This document shows positions 1 through 4,740 of a stretch of DNA of 6,400 nt, piece after piece. Each line of letters opens with the position of its first letter. Position 1 is the first letter of the stretch. The position numbers and the translations under genes were made by a program. Under the pieces are notes generated by a model. It saw only the letters and a list, made by a program, of their open reading frames with translations, was not told where the DNA came from and searched no databases. Source of the DNA: a virus; the IMG/VR virus record IMGVR_UViG_3300000304_000116, positions 1 to 6,400 of that record. One strand, 5' to 3'.

Positions 1-54
1 CTGTCCCTATGTTTATTCTCGTGCCTTGCGGTAAATGTGAATTGTGTCTTGACA
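1..54 (+). repeat. Terminal overlap copy 1 (identical to 6347-6400); signature of a circular genome, unit length 6,346 nt
   Basis: CTGTCCCTATGTTTATTCTCGTGCCTTGCGGTAAATGTGAATTGTGTCTTGACA occurs at both window ends, compared base by base. Confidence 0.95.
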
Positions 55-1199
55 AGAAGAAAAAAGAATGGTCATTTCGTGCTCATTGTGAAAATTCTAC
101 TTCTACTAGCGTTCCTTTATTCCTTACTCTTACATTCGCTCCCAAGAATTTGCCTAAACGTGGTGTTCAGAAGGAAGATGTTCAATTATTCATGAAAAGG
201 CTGCGTATCAGGTTAGACCGTATGGGAATACAGCACAATATCCGTTATTTCTTTTGCGGTGAATATGGTCATAACAGTAAGATGCCTCATTATCATGGCG
301 TTCTATGGAATTTCCCGCGTGAGCAGTTTCCAACTCTACATGCTTGTTTGGATTTTATAGAAAAGTGTTGGTGTCACCCTTTGTATGATCGCTACGGAAA
401 CGCTCTTTACAATAAAGATGGCTCGCCCCTGACCGAGCAGTTAGGATTTTGTTATATCTCCCCTGTACAGTTTGATCCGAAAAGAAACACCGGTCGCGGT
501 GTTATCGGTTATGTTATGAAATATATGGCAAAAAAGGCTGTTGTTCCCTATGGCAAGAATCCAGTGTTTTATTTGTCATCCCGTAAAAATGGTGGTTTAG
601 GTGCAGAATATGCCCGTAAGATGGTATCTTTTTATATAGATAACCCTGATTGTGTTGAGATGTCTGTATATGATCCTTATAGTTGCAAGAATGTTTGTGC
701 GTTTATGCCCCAGTATTTTCGGAACTTATATTTTCCTTCACTCTCACGGATTGTAGGTTCTGAGATTCATAAGGTTTGGCAGAAATACGTCCAGGCAATG
801 CATGACTTGCACTATTTGTGTCGACATACTGGTTATAAGCCTCAGTATATAGGTCTTGATTTGAATTTAGCTCGTAAGTTTTCATTTTTTCCTGAAAAGT
901 TTACCGAACAGTATTTGTTTCCTTCTTGTGAGATTGGAAATATGATTTATCGTGATGCTCCTGACGATTTTATGTTCGGCACTATATATAAATTAGAGGA
1001 AGATTTGGTTTGCCTTCGTCAGCAGCTTTTGGATTTTGAGCCTGACTATAAGCTAATCGACACTTCTCAGAAGTGCAAGGAAATAAGAGAGGCTTTTATG
1101 CTTAGGTATTTTAAGGACAAAAAAGAGATAGATTTAAATAGTGTTAAAAATAGTATAATCTATCAGCAGAATCTTACATATGTTAGAGAAAAGGTGTAA
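1..1199 (+). CDS. VP4: Rolling-circle replication initiation protein (Microviridae VP4 / phiX174 A-like HUH endonuclease), C-terminal 399 codons; continues from 6112..6346 across the circular junction (full protein 477 aa)
   Basis: The reading frame is continuous across 6346|1 (positions 1-2 complete the codon ACT begun at 6346). HUH motifs read directly from the translation: motif I FLTLTF (120-137), motif II HYHGVLW (288-308), and motif III double-Tyr YVMKYMAKK (510-536, with the Y-x-x-K-Y spacing I recall for phiX174 protein A). Cys cluster CGKCELC at 27-47. Stop TAA at 1197-1199. The ATG at 9 is an internal Met. Confidence 0.9.
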   Translation, partial: VPMFILVPCGKCELCLDKKKKEWSFRAHCENSTSTSVPLFLTLTFAPKNLPKRGVQKEDVQLFMKRLRIRLDRMGIQHNIRYFFCGEYGHNSKMPHYHGVLWNFPREQFPTLHACLDFIEKCWCHPLYDRYGNALYNKDGSPLTEQLGFCYISPVQFDPKRNTGRGVIGYVMKYMAKKAVVPYGKNPVFYLSSRKNGGLGAEYARKMVSFYIDNPDCVEMSVYDPYSCKNVCAFMPQYFRNLYFPSLSRIVGSEIHKVWQKYVQAMHDLHYLCRHTGYKPQYIGLDLNLARKFSFFPEKFTEQYLFPSCEIGNMIYRDAPDDFMFGTIYKLEEDLVCLRQQLLDFEPDYKLIDTSQKCKEIREAFMLRYFKDKKEIDLNSVKNSIIYQQNLTYVREKV

Positions 1200-1244
1200 A
1201 CTTGTAGTATAAGAAATAAATATAATAATATTAAACATTACACT

Positions 1245-1457
1245 ATGAAATTTCAAAGATATTTTGTTAGGCTTATTGATTCCGATAAGACGTTTGTTTG
1301 TTCAAAACGTCAGTTATTGAGTTTTATTTTGAATCATTATAACTGGCCGTTGAGGATTATTCCCCTTGATTCGGACGGTAATCTTGTACACGGTTTTTCT
1401 TTTGTTGTTGGTGATGAATATACTATTTCTTTTTTGTTTAATGATAAAAACATTTAG
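1245..1457 (+). CDS. Hypothetical small protein (70 aa)
   Basis: ATG-started ORF in the Rep-to-VP1 gene slot, same strand as all other genes. Its TAG stop (1455-1457) lies 2 nt before the next ATG, giving operon-like packing. AT-rich leader without Shine-Dalgarno. I recognise no motif. Confidence 0.55.
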   Translation: MKFQRYFVRLIDSDKTFVCSKRQLLSFILNHYNWPLRIIPLDSDGNLVHGFSFVVGDEYTISFLFNDKNI

Positions 1458-1459
1458 TT

Positions 1460-1651
1460 ATGAAAAAATTACCTTATCATGCACATCTTGAAGTGTACGA
1501 TGACGACCGTACTACCAAGATTATTGAGTTGGAACTTGGTTCATACGGAAGTATGCGCCAGTTAGAAGATATGCGTGTTCAGTTGCAGAGTTGCAACCCG
1601 CAGTATAGTGTAGTGTTGATCGTGCGTAGTGATGATTTCGAACATGAATAG
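1460..1651 (+). CDS. Hypothetical small acidic protein (63 aa)
   Basis: ATG at 1460, 2 nt after the previous stop. Its 3' end overlaps the next ORF's candidate starts (ATG 1632 and ATG 1644; stop TAG 1649-1651). I recognise no motif. Confidence 0.55.
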   Translation: MKKLPYHAHLEVYDDDRTTKIIELELGSYGSMRQLEDMRVQLQSCNPQYSVVLIVRSDDFEHE

Positions 1652-1832
1652 TTGCGAACGCACACTTAGGTACATCGCCATCATATTGGCGGTGTGCCTT
1701 ACTGCATTATTAGTTACACAATGTACTGTAACAATATGCACAATGAAAAATTCAAAGGACTCTAAATTTCACGTGGAACAGTCCGCAAGCGGCTCGGCTG
1801 ATTCCGCAAGTGTTAACTCAAACGTAAATTAA
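1632..1832 (+). CDS. Small single-pass membrane protein (66 aa from ATG 1632; alternative ATG 1644), candidate lysis or membrane-acting protein
   Basis: Basic N-terminus (CERTLRY), then a ~23-residue hydrophobic stretch YIAIILAVCLTALLVTQCTVTIC (1671-1739), then a hydrophilic Ser-rich tail. Stop TAA at 1830-1832 is 1 nt before the VP1 ATG. The track start at 1629 is GTG; the ATGs at 1632 or 1644 are more plausible. There is no canonical lipobox (Q at position -1 of the Cys). Confidence 0.55.
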   Translation: MISNMNSCERTLRYIAIILAVCLTALLVTQCTVTICTMKNSKDSKFHVEQSASGSADSASVNSNVN

Positions 1833-1833
1833 T

Positions 1834-4038
1834 ATGGCAGATATTTTTTCAGCTACTAATGAAAGACGCAATAGTGTGCCTACAGCCACTTTTGATTGGT
1901 CACACGCTGTTCATACTACTACTGACTTAGGTAGAATTACTCCTGTGTTTTGTGAGCTTGTTCCTGCTAAGACATCCGCTCGTATCAATGCGAAGTTAGG
2001 ATTTCAGTTTATGCCTATGGTATTTCCTCTTCAGTCGAGGATTCGTTACCGCCTGGCATTCTTCAAGTATCCGCTCCGTGCCTTATGGACTGATTACCGT
2101 GATTTTATCGGTAATTTTAGGCAGGATTTGGAAGAGCCTTATATAGATTTTGGTACTACACCTCCCTCTACTGGCTCTTTGTGGGATTATTTAGGTTTGC
2201 CTACTACCTTAGTCGGTGAATATGGTTCGTTTTTTGATACTTCCGCTCTTGTTCAGTCCTCTTACATTCCTTTGTCTGAGTCTTATATGCATTCTGCATA
2301 TAATGATTTGGAGTCTTTTTTTGCTGTAGGTAGGCGTACAAATTCATATATTCGTGGTGCTGGTTCTGATGGTATTCCATGTGCTTGGAGTTTGAATAAC
2401 GGTGGTGTATTTTTGTTTGAGTACGATATCCCTGATGATGCTGATTTGTCGAAGTCTGTCATATTTAAGCCTTCTGTTTCTTCATATTTGAACGATACGG
2501 TATACACATTTGTTGATGATGGAGAAACTATACTCTCAGGTAGTTATCTTGCAGGTGCTAACCAAACATTTACTGTTCTTTTCAAAAATGCTGTAGGTGC
2601 GAAGCGTCTATTTATTGCAATTAGATTCACAACTACTGGTACCTCTTGCCCGCCTTCTATTTCTTCCCCTTATGTTGTTGAGCTTGGTTCTTCCAATTCT
2701 TATTTTATCAGTACTAACAATCTTACTGTTACAGTAACTTTCCCGTTGTCTTCAAGTTCTGGTTCAGTATTGGGTCTTTCTGCTCAATCTAACCCTTACT
2801 ATTCCTCTAATAACCCTCTTAAGGAAAAGCAGGTTAAAATATCTGCATATGCCGCTCGTGCGTATGAAGGCATTTACAACTCTTGGTTCAGAGATAACCG
2901 TAACAATCCGTATTACCTTAATGGCCAGGTAGAGTATAACCGCTGGATCCCTAACTATGAAGGAGGCGCAGACCCTGCAAGCAACTACCAGTTGCGATAC
3001 GCTAACTGGGAGCGTGATTTTCTTTCTACCGCTGTTCAGACTCCGCAGCAAGGTATTGCCCCACTTGTCGGCATTACCACTTATGAGGATACTGTTACGC
3101 TTGAAGACGGTACCGTACGCACTGTTAATAAGCTGGCAATTACTGATGAAGATGGAAAGAGTTATAAGATAGGATTTGATTCTGATGATGACGGATTGAA
3201 AGCTGTTGAGTATCAGCCTTTGAATAATGCTCAGACCGTCAAGCCTACTTCGCTCATTCAGCTTGCTCAAAGCGGTATTAGTATTTCCGACTTGCGAAAT
3301 GTTAACGCATATCAGCGTTATCTTGAAATGAATATTCGTGCAGGATATAGTTATAAGGATATTATAGAACATCGTTTTGATGTAAACATAGGATATAACG
3401 AATTGTTGATGCCTGAGTTTATCGGCGGTACTTCCGACTGGGTTGAAATGCACAGTGTTACCCAGACCGTTATGAAAGAAGATAACGGAACTTATGCTGA
3501 TGCCCTCGGTTCTCAAGCTGGTATAGCTGGCGCTAGAAAAGGCACTGAAACTATTAATGTATTCTGTGACGAAGAAAGTATTATTCTCGGTGTTCTTGTG
3601 TTTACTCCCGTACCTATATATACACAGTTGCTCCCCAAGCATTTCTTGTATCGTGGTCTTCTTGATCATTTCGCGCCTGAGTTTGCCAATATCGGATTCC
3701 AGCCGATTCTTATGCGTGAAGTTGCTCCTGTCCAGCAGTGGAGTGCAGACAAGGACAAGATGCTGGATACGTTCGGATATAACAGACCGTGGTATGAGTA
3801 TTGTCAGAAGCAGGATACCGCCCACGGTCTTTACCGTACGCAGTTGCGAAACTTCATTATGAACCGCGTGTTCAACGAAGCTCCTTCACTTAACCAGTCA
3901 TTTTTGCTGGTTGATCCCAGTCAGGTAAATGACGTGTTTGCGGTTACTGAAACTACCGATAAGATATACGGACAGATATATTTTGATGCGAAGTTCAAGC
4001 TCCCGATCCCGCGTGTCGCTATTCCGCGATTGGAATAA
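1834..4038 (+). CDS. VP1: Major capsid protein (Microviridae VP1 / phiX174 F family), 734 aa
   Basis: Blocks that I recall as conserved in gokushovirus-type VP1 are readable: WDYLGLP (2182-2202), RAYEGIYNSWFRD (2857-2895), NWERDFLSTAVQTPQQG (3004-3054), ISISDLRNVNAYQRYLEMNIRAGYSYKDIIEHRFDV (3277-3384). ATG 1834, TAA 4036-4038. Longest ORF in the genome. Confidence 0.95.
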   Translation: MADIFSATNERRNSVPTATFDWSHAVHTTTDLGRITPVFCELVPAKTSARINAKLGFQFMPMVFPLQSRIRYRLAFFKYPLRALWTDYRDFIGNFRQDLEEPYIDFGTTPPSTGSLWDYLGLPTTLVGEYGSFFDTSALVQSSYIPLSESYMHSAYNDLESFFAVGRRTNSYIRGAGSDGIPCAWSLNNGGVFLFEYDIPDDADLSKSVIFKPSVSSYLNDTVYTFVDDGETILSGSYLAGANQTFTVLFKNAVGAKRLFIAIRFTTTGTSCPPSISSPYVVELGSSNSYFISTNNLTVTVTFPLSSSSGSVLGLSAQSNPYYSSNNPLKEKQVKISAYAARAYEGIYNSWFRDNRNNPYYLNGQVEYNRWIPNYEGGADPASNYQLRYANWERDFLSTAVQTPQQGIAPLVGITTYEDTVTLEDGTVRTVNKLAITDEDGKSYKIGFDSDDDGLKAVEYQPLNNAQTVKPTSLIQLAQSGISISDLRNVNAYQRYLEMNIRAGYSYKDIIEHRFDVNIGYNELLMPEFIGGTSDWVEMHSVTQTVMKEDNGTYADALGSQAGIAGARKGTETINVFCDEESIILGVLVFTPVPIYTQLLPKHFLYRGLLDHFAPEFANIGFQPILMREVAPVQQWSADKDKMLDTFGYNRPWYEYCQKQDTAHGLYRTQLRNFIMNRVFNEAPSLNQSFLLVDPSQVNDVFAVTETTDKIYGQIYFDAKFKLPIPRVAIPRLE

Positions 4039-4098
4039 AACTTACTCGGCACTGGAAGAGCCTCCCCAGCGGAGCGACAAACCAGTAGCGTAAACATT

Positions 4099-4314
4099 CG
4101 GACGGAGCATTTTTTTTTAAAACTCGCTCGTATACTGTTTTCGCCTCATGCAAGCGAATTTACGGTCTGTGAAATTAGACTAAAGTTAAATAGAGTTAGC
4201 GCGCGCGCTTCGCGTGCGTTAATTCTTTTTAACTTTTCGTTTTCACAGAACGATAATAAATTCGCATGAGGTGAGAACAGTATGAGCAGTTTTTAAAAAA
4301 AAGTGCGGAGTCCG
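4099..4314. repeat. Long imperfect inverted repeat forming a ~216-nt bulged hairpin in the VP1-downstream non-coding region
   Basis: Hand alignment of the left arm against the reverse complement of the right arm gives these paired blocks: 4099-4103:4310-4314, 4107-4109:4304-4306, T-run 4110-4117:A-run 4295-4302, 4119-4122:4291-4294, 4132-4139:4276-4283, 4144-4151:4264-4271, 4156-4162:4257-4263, 4166-4174:4241-4249, 4182-4190:4228-4236, 4200-4207:4211-4218. The apex is CTT at 4208-4210. Roughly 84 Watson-Crick pairs plus 5 G.T pairs. Confidence 0.85.
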
Positions 4315-4330
4315 CAAACCACATCCACAA

Positions 4331-4371
4331 GAGTATTAACCGCGTTAGGGATTGCAGGCGAGTATTAGCCG
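4331..4371 (+). repeat. 12-nt direct repeat GAGTATTA(A/G)CCG, two copies (4331-4342 and 4360-4371)
   Basis: Read directly; one mismatch; start-to-start spacing 29 nt; lies in non-coding DNA between the long hairpin and the next ORF. Confidence 0.6.
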
Positions 4372-4381
4372 AAGGCTAATA
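4363..4381 (+). repeat. Small hairpin with GAA triloop (TATTAGCC-GAA-GGCTAATA)
   Basis: An 8-bp perfect stem (4363-4370 pairs with 4374-4381) closes on C-GAA-G. This is the core of the very stable GNA-triloop DNA mini-hairpin class, d(GCGAAGC)-like. It abuts or occludes the ATG at 4381. Confidence 0.6.
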
Positions 4382-4387
4382 TGTTTG
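4380..4387 (+). promoter_or_regulatory. Candidate Bacteroidota-type -7 promoter element (TATGTTTG matches TAnnTTTG)
   Basis: Exact match to the TAnnTTTG consensus described for Bacteroides promoters, in non-coding context about 50 nt upstream of ATG 4438. No good TTTG -33 element at 19-21 nt spacing (only ATTG at 4351-4354). About one or two such 8-mers are expected by chance in 6.4 kb. Confidence 0.25.
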
Positions 4388-4437
4388 AGCCGGAAAGCCC
4401 GACCCGTAAGGGTAACGCCCAAATAAAAATCAAAATT

Positions 4438-4740
4438 ATGGCAAACAGAAAATTAGACGGAAACTGCCGCACATGTGCGACCCCGTGGAAAGACACAGAT
4501 TTCAGAAAGACAATCCCGAATCAGGCTATGACACCTAGCCAGATTAAGGAACTTGCAGATAAAGGCATTCCCGTTAGCGGTCAGAATGCCAGCGCGTTGT
4601 ATGATGAGAAAACCGCCGGCTGGAATCTTGATCCTATCTTTGAACGTGGTGCCGATATTTGTCAGCTTTGGGAAACCGAAAAAGCCGCCCAGCGTCGCGT
4701 CTTAGCCGCCAAGAAGCGCGATGCTATGCGATTCAGATGA
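4438..4740 (+). CDS. Hypothetical protein, 100 aa from ATG 4438 (119 aa if from ATG 4381); by position a possible scaffolding or DNA-binding protein, function not established
   Basis: Same-strand ORF whose stop overlaps the VP2 start (ATGA at 4737-4740), implying translational coupling. Basic C-terminal tail AAQRRVLAAKKRDAMRFR. ATG 4438 has an A-rich leader (AAATAAAAATCAAAATT). ATG 4381 sits inside a hairpin and a candidate promoter motif. I see no family-specific motif I can name with confidence. Confidence 0.6.
   Translation: MANRKLDGNCRTCATPWKDTDFRKTIPNQAMTPSQIKELADKGIPVSGQNASALYDEKTAGWNLDPIFERGADICQLWETEKAAQRRVLAAKKRDAMRFR

Noticed and set aside
1-54. The 54-nt terminal repeat as a biological direct terminal repeat or att site
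   Set aside because: It lies inside the Rep coding sequence and simply restores the ORF when the ends are joined, so it is a linearisation overlap of a circular molecule.
703-885. Minus-strand 60-aa ORF inside Rep (and similarly 2283..2507 inside VP1)
   Set aside because: Short antisense shadows of confident genes with no signals of their own.
9-1199. ATG at 9 as the Rep start (as given in the ORF track)
   Set aside because: The frame stays open upstream across the circular junction back to ATG 6112, which follows TAA 6100-6102. The added 82 residues carry the expected C-x-S-P...N-P N-terminus, so the Met at 9 is internal.
2957-3172. 71-aa + strand alternative-frame ORF inside VP1
   Set aside because: Short and Leu/Arg/Ser-rich, with no distinctive domain organisation. 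Nothing distinguishes it from chance.
4099-4122. T9A4 tract (4110-4122) as an intrinsic terminator for VP1
   Set aside because: The preceding bases CGGACGGAGCA do not form a GC-rich stem-loop. The T-run instead pairs with the A8 run at 4295-4302 as part of the long hairpin.
4199-4208. (GC)5 tract as a microsatellite or Z-DNA element
   Set aside because: It is the left half of the apical stem of the long hairpin, pairing with 4211-4218. There is no evidence for an independent role.
4659-4736. Upstream extension of VP2 from the track start at 4659
   Set aside because: Codon 4659 is TTG, and the extension lies wholly inside the preceding ORF. ATG 4737 gives the typical Gly-rich VP2 N-terminus and an ATGA stop-start overlap.
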